DNA from: Candidatus Omnitrophota bacterium
GTDB taxonomy: Bacteria > Omnitrophota > Gorgyraeia > B26-G9
DNA: 64,000 nt
Assembly: GCA_043814605.1 (NCBI GenBank)
Contig: JBDRJV010000010.1
Span: forward strand, 1,340 to 65,339
Direction: 5' to 3'
Position numbers and translations under genes: made by a program. The notes under the pieces are model-generated. The model saw only the letters and a program-made list of their open reading frames with translations. It was not told where the DNA came from and did not search any database. Of the stretch, positions 27,966 through 38,071 are shown one piece after another; the first letter of the stretch is position 1, and each line of letters begins with the position of its first letter.

Positions 27966-29669
27966 ATGGGGAGGGGAAAAGAAATGGTTAGCAAAAATAT
28001 AAAACAATGTTTGCATTCAAGAAAAATACTGATTTTTTTAGTTATTTTTGGGGTTTTATTTTTTTATGTAAGACCTTTATTTTCTCAAGAAACAGGTTTT
28101 CTTAAAACTAAAATTAAAACTGTTTCCGGGCCAAAACTTAATGAATCGGAACGGGTTAAACAAGTACTGCGCAACCTGGAGATTCCGGAAGATATGGGTT
28201 TTATTAAAGAAATCCATGTACCCAGTAATCCCAACGACCAGTTAATTATCACGATTCAGGATCTGCATTGCCATTATCAGGCGCAAAAAAATATTTGTAA
28301 AGTTATTGACTACCTGACGACAACCTACGGTTTAAAAGTAATCAGTGTTGAAGGCGGCAGCGGTAAAATTGATACTACTTTTTATAAGGAGCTTCCGGAT
28401 GAGAAAATTAAGGAACAGGTAGCCGATTATTTTTTAAAAGAGGCGAGGATTAATGGTACGGAGTATTTTGCGATAACCACAAATAAAGACATTGCTCTTT
28501 ACGGAGCAGAAGATGACAAATATTACAATAAAAATCTGGATGCGTTTCTCAAGGCTCTGCCAAACCGTGAGAGGATTTTAGAAAATATTTCTGTCTTAGA
28601 AAATGATTTAAGTATTCTTAAGAATAAAATATATAACAAAAAACTCAAAGCATTAGATGATTATATTGTTGCTTATGAAAATGGAGAAGTAGATTTTGAG
28701 AATTATATTACGTATATCTGTAAACTCTACGATTCGGATAAACTTGCCCGTGAATTTCCACAGGTTAATCAGCTTTATGAGAGTTTACAGATTAAAACTA
28801 AAGTAGATTTAAAAAAAGCAGAAGAGCAGCGCAAGGAGCTGATTGATTATTTAAGTAAAAATTTAACCCGGTATGCTCTGGAAGAATTTTTAAAAGCGAC
28901 ATTTGAATTCAAGGCAAAAAATCTAGACAGCTTAAGTTATCATAATACACTGGAAAAACTTTATCGTGAAATGCAGAATAAGTCTCAGGTTTTAGCCAAG
29001 GCTTGGCCGCAATTACATTGTTATATTCAATATTTAAATAAACATGAGACATTAGATAAATTTGAACTTTTCCACCAGCTGGATAAATTTGTAGAAAGGA
29101 TTAAGAACAATATTTATACCAGCTATACGCAGAAAACATTAGACCATAATTTAAAAGTTATTCGCTTGGCCCGTAACTTGTTTTCAACTAAATTATTAAA
29201 CCGGGATATGCAAGCCATAACTAAATACCGCAGTGAATTTAAAGCCAAAGATATGAAGAAGTTTATTAAAAGCCAGATGCAGCGGTTAAAGTTAGAGTTA
29301 CACATACCTTCCGATGAAGATCTAGAGGTGATGGAAAAAACTTTGCCGGATTTAGAGGATTTTTATGAATATGCGCACAAACGTAATAATATTTTGGCTA
29401 ATAATACGGTTCAAGCTATGGATGCAGAAAAAGAAAATATCGCGATTTTAGTTACCGGAGGGTTTCATACAGACGGGATCACAGATTATTTTAAAGATAA
29501 ACGAATTTCTTATGTGGTGATTGCCCCAAAAATTGATGAATTAGATCAAGATGATACCCGTTATATTAATGCTTTAAAAGGCAAAAAAACACCGTTTGAG
29601 GAAATGATTGAAAACGAAGCAACCCCCTTAAAAGATACATATTTTGAGGAAAATGAAAATAAAAATTAA
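27966..29669 (+). CDS. hypothetical signal-anchored protein (likely start 27984 with GGAGGGG RBS)
   Basis: N-terminal TM helix. Mostly charged/helical and no recognised domain. Strong SD GGGGAGGGG lies 8 nt before ATG 27984. Confidence 0.5.
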   Translation: MGRGKEMVSKNIKQCLHSRKILIFLVIFGVLFFYVRPLFSQETGFLKTKIKTVSGPKLNESERVKQVLRNLEIPEDMGFIKEIHVPSNPNDQLIITIQDLHCHYQAQKNICKVIDYLTTTYGLKVISVEGGSGKIDTTFYKELPDEKIKEQVADYFLKEARINGTEYFAITTNKDIALYGAEDDKYYNKNLDAFLKALPNRERILENISVLENDLSILKNKIYNKKLKALDDYIVAYENGEVDFENYITYICKLYDSDKLAREFPQVNQLYESLQIKTKVDLKKAEEQRKELIDYLSKNLTRYALEEFLKATFEFKAKNLDSLSYHNTLEKLYREMQNKSQVLAKAWPQLHCYIQYLNKHETLDKFELFHQLDKFVERIKNNIYTSYTQKTLDHNLKVIRLARNLFSTKLLNRDMQAITKYRSEFKAKDMKKFIKSQMQRLKLELHIPSDEDLEVMEKTLPDLEDFYEYAHKRNNILANNTVQAMDAEKENIAILVTGGFHTDGITDYFKDKRISYVVIAPKIDELDQDDTRYINALKGKKTPFEEMIENEATPLKDTYFEENENKN

Positions 29670-29831
29670 ATCATTTTAAAAGATAGAACATTTTATACAT
29701 CTTAAACGCTTAGTTTTCAACGTATTATAGCGTTTATTTTTATGTTTGGGAGTTAGCAAAAGAATGTTTTTTATGATATACTTTATGACTATTTTTAAAA
29801 ATTAAAAAACAGGGATTAAAGGATAGTTTTA

Positions 29832-32800
29832 GTGAAAAATTTTAATAGGAAAAAATTCAGTTTAGGGATTAAAATTATTGCCATTGTGCTTATTCAAGCA
29901 TTCTTGGTTTTAGATTTTGCTCAGGCGGCGCAAGGAGATTTTTCTTATCCTGCACAAAAGGAACAGCTGAGTACTTTGGCTCCGCAAATGCAGCTGGATG
30001 CGAAAGCTGTACAAAATATATTCACTACAGCTAATCAATCCCCTCAAAAAACACAGGATTTTGTGCAAACCAAACCTAAGGATTCTAATCCTCAAACTAA
30101 AGGATCTGGGCCTAGAAGAATTATAGCCAGTACAATATTATTTTTGTATTTAACGTTTCCATTTTTAAATACCCTGCCATTTTTTAATGCTTTGGTTTCA
30201 ATTGCTGCACCTGTTCAACAGACTCAGGCTGTGAGCATTACTGCCCCGGAAATGCCCCAAGAATTAGCACAATTAATTTCTAAAGTATCTATTGAAAAAC
30301 CTACAGATATCCAAGGAAGTCCAACTGAAGAGATTAAGGTAATTAAGACCAATATTTATGAAGGCAGGATGGAGTTTACCAATTTAAAGGCCAGAGAAAG
30401 AGTAGAACAAATTAATAAAGCTATAAATATAATTTGGCAGAAATATCCGCAATTGTGGCAATCAGATGATTATATTACAGAAAGAATCAAGGCTACGAAT
30501 AATTCTCCAGAATCAATTGCATTAGGGCATGCACTGCTTTTAGAGAAACTTATTAAGCATGAGAATGTAAAAGAGAAAAATGCTCTTTTATATATTGGTA
30601 ATGTTGATCAGGGAGTAGCGGAAACTCGGGGTTCACAACTGAGATGGTTTGGCAGGCCGCTCATAAAAATCAGTAAAGACTATATTGATAATCCATTCTG
30701 GATTGCATTTATGCTAGAGCATGAGAATATTCATGCTAAAGAAGGTATAATTCAAAGATTGATTCTTTATAATATTCTTAATTTTGCTAAATTCGTTTTT
30801 TCCTTTGCTATACCGGAAGAAAAAGAAGCTTATAAAGCAGAAGCAAGATTTACTAAGATTTTTGGCATAGAACCATTAGAAGAGGGGGGAATGTTTATTC
30901 ATGAATTAGATGTAATGCCACCATATTATCACCCAAAAACAGAAATTCTAATTAAGTTTTTAATTTTTAATTTTTTTACAACAATTTTACCTTTATATTT
31001 CATCGGGCGTTTAATTATAAGATATTTTCAAAATAGAACTGGTAACCAACGTAACACATATACAGAAAACAAGAGGGGTACTGGGTTAAGTTCAGGCGCA
31101 AGAAAAAGTTCACTAAATATTGGTTCTGGAAGAAGAAACGTAAGAAAAAACGTAAGAAAAAACCGTTATCGCTCACTTATATTACTTCCTTTTCTAAAAT
31201 TGTTTGAAGTTATTGACCCGGCAAACTCATTGGCTGCAGATTGGCTGAGTGATTTAACCTCAAATCCTTTGTTTGGTATTAATTTAGCAGGAGTTGTTTT
31301 TGGCATCGCAGCAATAATAATTATTATTACGCTTAGAAAAATAAGGGAATTAAGGGATTTAGATGATACTTTGCGATTTAATTTTAAGGGATTAGCTGAT
31401 TATTGGCATGAATTTGTCTTGAACAAATTGAAATTAATTAATGAAAATAAGATTATGGATAATTTAAAAAGGTATAAAGATAATCCAACTTTGGAAATCG
31501 TCCGGGGATTTATCTTAGAAACAATTACTAAATTTAAGGAAAATCGCCAGTTAATTCGTTATCATAATGAATTTCATATTAATGAAATGCTTGATTTTTT
31601 TGAAAAAATAACAATAAATAATAATTTTAAGTTTTTAAGAGGGAATAGATCGGAAACTTTAATCAAAGCCGCAATTTATATGCATGATGCCGGATATTTC
31701 AGAAAACTTAAAGAAAAAGAGTTTATCCGCATAGGCCATGAAGCAAAAAGTAATGAAATGTTCCGTGATTTTCAGGTTTACTTAAAGAATTTTATACTTG
31801 ATCCCATTGACCAAAATGATTTTCAATTATTTTCTCAACTGGAATTAAAGGCAATCGAACATATGGTAGATATGACTGCGCTTAAAACCGGGCAAGAAGA
31901 AAAAGAATTTGACCAGGAAGTCGCAGATTACACCCAGGCCTATAATCTATTAATGAAATATCAAAGCCCGGGAGCTATTAATCCTCAGGATTTAGAAACT
32001 TTAAAAAATAATAATTTCATCGTTAATAAATTTCAAGATAATGGAGTATTATTAGCAGACTTAAATAATCTTGAGCACCGCCAATTAATTCTGGATGCAA
32101 TCTTAGGCGGTGAAATATTAGCTATGGCAGATATTTATGGCCAGGATAAAAGTTATATTTTCCGTATTCCTTATCTGCAAAAGGAATTTAATGAAGACAG
32201 AAACCGGGGCGATCAAACCAGTCCAGCAGCAGAAACAATGCTTGAGCAGGTTGCCGGAAGTTATGGATTCCATCAGTTTGCTGAGAAAATAAAGCTGAAT
32301 AAATTAAAATTAATTTTACCTTATTTGAATTCGACTCCAGAATTAATTAAAGCCAGACAGGAAACATTAAAAATAAGCAGGAACATTGATGCCGCAATTA
32401 ATGAAATAAAATCAGGAGAATATATACAAGCGGATATTGATGTATTATTGGATTTTGTTAATCAAGGAAAAAAAGATTTTGGTTATGATCAGAATTTCAG
32501 CCAAGAGCTTTTTGATGAAATTAATGAATTTGTTCAAAAAGGGAAAAGGCAAAAAGAACAAGGTATTGTTCAAGATTTAAATTTTTTTCAGGCCGTAGAA
32601 AAGTCAGAACTATATCAGCTTATTGATCAAAAAGGAAAAGATCTTTTACTTAAAAGTTTAAAAGTTAAATTCGTTGATCCCCCTAAATCACCTGAAGAGG
32701 AACAAAACGGGGCAGGAATTATTATTAACCAGGGAGACTCGATTTCCCAGACCGGAGCGTATATTCTTTTATCCGGCTATGTAAAAGTTAAAAAAGATGG

Positions 32801-34925
32801 TTATCGAGTCAATACTTTAGTCCCCGGTGCTATTTTTGGGGAAATCGCGGTGATTAACGGATATGACCGGACTTCTACAGTACAAGTACCGCATAATGTA
32901 AAAGTGCCGGTAAATCTTGTAGAGATTCCTGCAGCAATATTAAAACAGCTTTATTCAGAAAATATCAGATTAAGAGAGTTTTTAGATAAAACGATTAATA
33001 CCAGATTACAGGAACTCGAAGAAATTGAAAAGTTTGATAAAACTAACCGGGAAATAAAAACAGATGAAATACTGAAAATTATATATGGACAAGATCATAT
33101 TATTAAAAGAAATGAAAATGCCCGAGAAATGGCGCAGCGTATAATAGATCGAGCTCCGGTATCAGAAGTTATGGAAAAACTGGAAAAGATATCACAAGGC
33201 CAAGCTCAGGAAATATCAAATGAGGAATTAAATTTAATAATCGCCTTATTGAATTCCCAAAATCCTTTGGGGCAAATTATTAATAAAGGGGAAAAAGGAG
33301 ATAAAATAGTTGCGTTACAGGTACCGGGGATATCTGAAACAAGTCTGGGAATTAAGCAATTAAATGATATTTTAAAGTATCAGTTGAATACACGTTTGAT
33401 TCAAATTAAAAGAGATATTATTCTTAAGTTAATGCAGGAGCAGGGATTAATTAATGATCAGCAGGGTAGAATTTATAGTACTTATAAAGAAGATGTTTTT
33501 TTAATTAACAAAAATATTCTGTTAACCCAAGCTAAACTTGAAGATTTACGCAAAGAATTTAGAAAAAGAATATTTGAGTTTATAAAAGAAAATTCTATCT
33601 TTAGGGATAGGCTTATTAGTAACAACATTACCCTTGAAGAAATAGCGCAGTTTCCCCTTGATTTTGGGGTAAGCGAAATAAAAGAAGCTTCTGCTCAAGG
33701 CCGGCTCTTAGCGGATATTAATGCGCATCAGGCAGTCACTATTTCTAAACTGAATAATTCTGCATTTTTTTCAGAACAAGATTATAAAAATGTAATTGCT
33801 AAAATTAATATTTTAAGAAATCAGCTTGTTTTTAAAACTTCAGTTTTTGACCAGGAAAATGGAGCCTATTTCTTGAAAAATAATATTAGTGATGCCTTAA
33901 GGAAAAATATGTTATGGAGCGGTCTTCCTCTAAACATTAAAGAGTATTTTAATAATTTAGAAGTTAATTATGATCTGGCCCGGGAATATTTTTCTTATTT
34001 AAATATCCATGATTACATAAAAAAATGGTCGATTGATGGTGATTTTGAATCGACTGCTGATGATGATGTTTTTGAATCGGCTTATGAAAGAGCAGAAAAG
34101 ATACTGGATATTACAAACCAACTTAAAACTATCCAAAAAAATCAAGATCCCAAGTTATTGTTTAGCCAGGCAAAGGAGTATTTAGAACGGGAAACCAAGG
34201 TCCAGGAGTTTACTTCAGCCCATGCTTTTTATAATTTTGGTTTAAAAGCTAAACATCCGGTTATAATCACACTGGATATTGAAAAAATGGGATTAATGAA
34301 TATAAAATCTTTTGAAATAGATTTGCAAAAAATCAGTAATGCTATTTCTGAAGGGGATCAGGAAAAACTGCAAATGCTTTGGATGAGTGCCGCTGATGAT
34401 GTGACTGAAAAGTTGGTTAAAACAATGCAAATCGTGAAAAAATTTATAATTAAAAAATTCGATTTAGAACAATATCAAATAGTCGAAGAAATGGGCGGGG
34501 ATGAATTCAGCTTAATTATTGATAAGAAAATTGAAACTCAAGAGTTAGCGCATTTGCTGAATGTTATTAAAAATTATGTGAGTCAGGAAATGGATATTGG
34601 GGTTCGCATGGCGGCAACGCAAGCCATAGAACAATTGCGGAAAGATTTTGAAAATAGAGGCAAAATACGGGATCCTTTAGCCTTTGCTGTAGGAATGAAT
34701 ACTTCCGATGAAATGATTGAGATAATTAAACAAAATTATGAAAATAATGGAGAGTATGATAAAGTAATTATTCAGAATGAAAAAGGCGACATGATTATAT
34801 ATGAAAACGTACTATTAGAACAGCCTGTAACAACAGTAGATTTAGATATCCTTGAAGCAATTATTGGGGACATGCACCCCAATGACATATTAAAAGATTT
34901 GGATTTAGTGGGCCAGGCTATTTAA
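29832..34925 (+). CDS. giant multidomain membrane signalling protein: conserved N-terminal module + TM segments + HD phosphohydrolase + cNMP-binding + GGDEF
   Basis: HD motifs (HNEFHINE...YMHDAGY). cNMP-binding consensus (GAIFGEIAVINGYDRTSTV). C-terminal GGDEF (EEMGGDEFSLI). Several TM helices and a basic R/K-rich linker. Confidence 0.7.
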   Translation: MKNFNRKKFSLGIKIIAIVLIQAFLVLDFAQAAQGDFSYPAQKEQLSTLAPQMQLDAKAVQNIFTTANQSPQKTQDFVQTKPKDSNPQTKGSGPRRIIASTILFLYLTFPFLNTLPFFNALVSIAAPVQQTQAVSITAPEMPQELAQLISKVSIEKPTDIQGSPTEEIKVIKTNIYEGRMEFTNLKARERVEQINKAINIIWQKYPQLWQSDDYITERIKATNNSPESIALGHALLLEKLIKHENVKEKNALLYIGNVDQGVAETRGSQLRWFGRPLIKISKDYIDNPFWIAFMLEHENIHAKEGIIQRLILYNILNFAKFVFSFAIPEEKEAYKAEARFTKIFGIEPLEEGGMFIHELDVMPPYYHPKTEILIKFLIFNFFTTILPLYFIGRLIIRYFQNRTGNQRNTYTENKRGTGLSSGARKSSLNIGSGRRNVRKNVRKNRYRSLILLPFLKLFEVIDPANSLAADWLSDLTSNPLFGINLAGVVFGIAAIIIIITLRKIRELRDLDDTLRFNFKGLADYWHEFVLNKLKLINENKIMDNLKRYKDNPTLEIVRGFILETITKFKENRQLIRYHNEFHINEMLDFFEKITINNNFKFLRGNRSETLIKAAIYMHDAGYFRKLKEKEFIRIGHEAKSNEMFRDFQVYLKNFILDPIDQNDFQLFSQLELKAIEHMVDMTALKTGQEEKEFDQEVADYTQAYNLLMKYQSPGAINPQDLETLKNNNFIVNKFQDNGVLLADLNNLEHRQLILDAILGGEILAMADIYGQDKSYIFRIPYLQKEFNEDRNRGDQTSPAAETMLEQVAGSYGFHQFAEKIKLNKLKLILPYLNSTPELIKARQETLKISRNIDAAINEIKSGEYIQADIDVLLDFVNQGKKDFGYDQNFSQELFDEINEFVQKGKRQKEQGIVQDLNFFQAVEKSELYQLIDQKGKDLLLKSLKVKFVDPPKSPEEEQNGAGIIINQGDSISQTGAYILLSGYVKVKKDGYRVNTLVPGAIFGEIAVINGYDRTSTVQVPHNVKVPVNLVEIPAAILKQLYSENIRLREFLDKTINTRLQELEEIEKFDKTNREIKTDEILKIIYGQDHIIKRNENAREMAQRIIDRAPVSEVMEKLEKISQGQAQEISNEELNLIIALLNSQNPLGQIINKGEKGDKIVALQVPGISETSLGIKQLNDILKYQLNTRLIQIKRDIILKLMQEQGLINDQQGRIYSTYKEDVFLINKNILLTQAKLEDLRKEFRKRIFEFIKENSIFRDRLISNNITLEEIAQFPLDFGVSEIKEASAQGRLLADINAHQAVTISKLNNSAFFSEQDYKNVIAKINILRNQLVFKTSVFDQENGAYFLKNNISDALRKNMLWSGLPLNIKEYFNNLEVNYDLAREYFSYLNIHDYIKKWSIDGDFESTADDDVFESAYERAEKILDITNQLKTIQKNQDPKLLFSQAKEYLERETKVQEFTSAHAFYNFGLKAKHPVIITLDIEKMGLMNIKSFEIDLQKISNAISEGDQEKLQMLWMSAADDVTEKLVKTMQIVKKFIIKKFDLEQYQIVEEMGGDEFSLIIDKKIETQELAHLLNVIKNYVSQEMDIGVRMAATQAIEQLRKDFENRGKIRDPLAFAVGMNTSDEMIEIIKQNYENNGEYDKVIIQNEKGDMIIYENVLLEQPVTTVDLDILEAIIGDMHPNDILKDLDLVGQAI

Positions 34926-35043
34926 GCGATAAAAAACATTTTAATCGAAAGTTATTTTTTGTAACTATAATAGAATAAATAAGTTAAGTTAATGATAATT
35001 TTTTAAAAAATTATCATTTTTTTTTGTAAAAATATAATTTATA

Positions 35044-35052
35044 TGGTATACT
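35044..35052 (+). promoter_or_regulatory. extended -10 promoter (TGGTATACT) upstream of 35161 gene
   Basis: TGnTATAcT preceded by TTGTAA at an appropriate spacing. Confidence 0.4.
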
Positions 35053-35160
35053 TTATAATCCTTTTTATTAAGTAGGCGGGTAAAATAGTATAAGTTATTA
35101 ATTTACAGGTAATAAAAGACTAATACTTCATTAGTAAAATTAAAAACATAAATTTAAAAA

Positions 35161-37719
35161 ATGAAGCCAAAAAACACAAAATTTCAAAAAATAATTGCAT
35201 TTTTATTAATGCAGACATTTCTAATCATAACTTGTTTGCCAGTGCCGGGATATGCGGGGAAGAATACTCAAGAAAAAAAGGTAAATCAGGTTAATTTAGA
35301 TAATCTTTCTCCCGTGCTTGGCTTAAATAGTGAAACAATAACAAATGTATTCAAACAAATTTCTCTTGAGCAGCGAGATAAAACAAAGGATATCATAACA
35401 AAAGGTGCATTAAGGCCATTGTTTTTAAGAGAAGATAATTTATTGATTTATGATAAGGCAAGTAAACAAGCAATGCTGGGGTTTTTTTTGGGTAAGGGAG
35501 TGGTCTTATTAAGAAAGATTTCTCTAAAATATTATAAGCCGGCAGTCAGAAGAATTGATGGATGTGCTTTGATAACTTTAAAAACAGAAAAAGGAATAGG
35601 ACTAATCCACTTTTTCCCGGATAATACTTTTAAAAGAGTTAATCATGTTATAAAGGCTCTGGTAAAAGAGCTAAAACAGCAAATAAATGCAGATTCTCAT
35701 GCAAAGGTTGAAATAATTTTTTCTAAGCTAACTTTTGAAAACAATGACGTAAGTTATGCGCCTTTTGAACAAACACTGATTCAGGGGTTTAAAAGAGAGT
35801 TAGGCATCAAGGATATTAAAATAATAATTGAAGATGGAATAATCGGCAATCTCGAATTTGATATGGAGCAGGAAAAATGGGATTATGGAATAGCTGAGAT
35901 TAAAGTAAAACAGAAGAAGTTTTTTTATAACCGTAATTTATTAATAAAATTAAAGGCTATATTAAAAATAATTAATGATATTTATGAAAAAATAGTATAT
36001 TTTCCCGCTCTATTTATAAGATCTAAAGATGAAAAAAGATCATCAGCTCTAAAACCGTTATTACTTGTTACGAAAGGCTCATATGATGAGCCCTCAATCA
36101 GGCGTAGCTATAGTGATTTAAATAATATTACTTTTCGGGGAAAAATTGATGAAGTTATTTTACAATTTGCAAAAAAATATCCCGGCCGGAAAAATAAGAT
36201 AAATATTCTGCTTATCGGCGGAGGAAGATTGCAGGATGAACAGCTTAAAGTGCATATCGAGGCTGATTTAAAGATCCCAAAGAACAAGGTGAATGTATTT
36301 TCATACGCAAATGAAAACTTAGCTTTAATGAGAGATAAAAATCAGTTAACGATTGGCGATATTGATAATGGGTTGCCATATAATAGTGATTTTTTTCATC
36401 TGGCTATTGTTTCTGATGTTGTCGCTCCTTATTTTAAGAATAAATTTGCAGCCTTAAGACAGATACAAAGGACATTAACTAATGACGGAAAAGCTTTTGT
36501 TGCTGATTTTGGATTATTTTCATTCGTGGATAAACGGGGGAAATTCCATAATCTAAATCTCCTAATGTTTAAAACAATCAGTCAAAATAAATATGAAAGA
36601 GATGATGGTAAAGATTCAGTCATCTTAAGAAATATAATATTTGGTAAAACTCCCCGGATTCCTGAGTTTAAATTAAAAGAACCTATCCCGTTTAAGTTCG
36701 GAAAAGCTCTAAAATATGAAAGCAGATATGAATGGAATCAAACACTGGCTGATTTATTAGATAAAATATCCAGCCAAAATAGATTTTTTTCATTTTTTAC
36801 ATTTAGTATATCTATCTTTAGCTTTTCATTTTGGGGAAAAGAAATAAACATTAATATTCCCGCAGGATATATTTATACTGGCCTGGGATTTTTTATTGCT
36901 GCGCTTGCTTTTAAATTTCTCCCTAAAATCATAATAGGTATTAACTCAATAAAAAATTCTTTTAATCCGCAAAGAAGGGAAATGCTTGAGAAAATTTTTA
37001 ACCCTTATTTATTATTAGGAATAATGCTTATTCCTTTTATCAGTTTAAAAGGGGATTCTAATTTACAACATACAACCAGGTCTTTAGTTGTAACTCTTTT
37101 ACTCAAAATAGCATTAACGCGAGAAACTTCTGATGATGTTTTTGAACGTGATAAGCTGATTATTAATTTAACCTATACCCAGGCATGGCTGGTTTTTGAT
37201 GAAATAAATAATAAAGAAATCGCGGGGATTGCTTGTGATATTTATACAAAAGCGGCAAATGCAGTTTTAACTGTAAGAGATGGATATTATCCGGAAACTG
37301 ACTTTTATGATTATCAGTTATTTAGAGTTATTGCGGCAAAAATTAATGGCGAAGACTGGGTTTCTCTAATGCAGGAGTTTGCGGATGAAAATAATAAAAA
37401 CAAAAAAAGACCTATGCAAAATGAAGATGCGCAAGATGGTGATACAGGAATTATCATTGCTGCGGGTATTGGCTGGAATAATAATGGGAAAATTCCTCTT
37501 AATGCTTATAAACGTAAGGTGCAACCAATTTCTAAATACCCAGTCCTGAAAGAATATTTTGATGAAAATAGCCAAACAGTTCAAAATTCTGTTCCGGAAG
37601 GAAGGGAAAAACCCGAAAAATTACAGGCAAATTTACCTTATATCGTTAATATATCAAAGGCAGGAAAAGCATTATTGCAAACAATAGAAAAACACAGTTT
37701 AATTGAACAATCAATTTAA
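35161..37719 (+). CDS. large membrane protein with conserved N-terminal module (paralog family), central Rossmann-like region, multiple TM helices
   Basis: N-terminus is homologous to those of 29832, 38072 and 61699. TM cluster at aa about 530-620. No confident catalytic domain. Confidence 0.5.
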   Translation: MKPKNTKFQKIIAFLLMQTFLIITCLPVPGYAGKNTQEKKVNQVNLDNLSPVLGLNSETITNVFKQISLEQRDKTKDIITKGALRPLFLREDNLLIYDKASKQAMLGFFLGKGVVLLRKISLKYYKPAVRRIDGCALITLKTEKGIGLIHFFPDNTFKRVNHVIKALVKELKQQINADSHAKVEIIFSKLTFENNDVSYAPFEQTLIQGFKRELGIKDIKIIIEDGIIGNLEFDMEQEKWDYGIAEIKVKQKKFFYNRNLLIKLKAILKIINDIYEKIVYFPALFIRSKDEKRSSALKPLLLVTKGSYDEPSIRRSYSDLNNITFRGKIDEVILQFAKKYPGRKNKINILLIGGGRLQDEQLKVHIEADLKIPKNKVNVFSYANENLALMRDKNQLTIGDIDNGLPYNSDFFHLAIVSDVVAPYFKNKFAALRQIQRTLTNDGKAFVADFGLFSFVDKRGKFHNLNLLMFKTISQNKYERDDGKDSVILRNIIFGKTPRIPEFKLKEPIPFKFGKALKYESRYEWNQTLADLLDKISSQNRFFSFFTFSISIFSFSFWGKEININIPAGYIYTGLGFFIAALAFKFLPKIIIGINSIKNSFNPQRREMLEKIFNPYLLLGIMLIPFISLKGDSNLQHTTRSLVVTLLLKIALTRETSDDVFERDKLIINLTYTQAWLVFDEINNKEIAGIACDIYTKAANAVLTVRDGYYPETDFYDYQLFRVIAAKINGEDWVSLMQEFADENNKNKKRPMQNEDAQDGDTGIIIAAGIGWNNNGKIPLNAYKRKVQPISKYPVLKEYFDENSQTVQNSVPEGREKPEKLQANLPYIVNISKAGKALLQTIEKHSLIEQSI

Positions 37720-38071
37720 AAATAACTCTTTCCCGGCATTCTTTAATTACATAAAGAACATATTCAACCCCCCCCTAGAAACAGTAGATTTTAAACTTAT
37801 TTTGCTTTTTTAATAGCTTTTTTACTAATTCTCCGATACAAAAGAAAAAAAATTTCTCACTCCCCTTGCAGAATTAAAAATTATGTGATACACTTAAAAA
37901 GTCTTTTTAAAGTTGTTTAAAAATTGTTCGCTCTTTAAATTAAATATCTTTAGAAGAAAGTTTAAAAAGAAACTTAGAAACTCTTCTAAAAACGCATATT
38001 AGGGGTATGCGCAGTTTTACCTAAATTGCAGTTTAAATAGTTGAATAGCAATTAGAAAGAAAGGTGAAATT

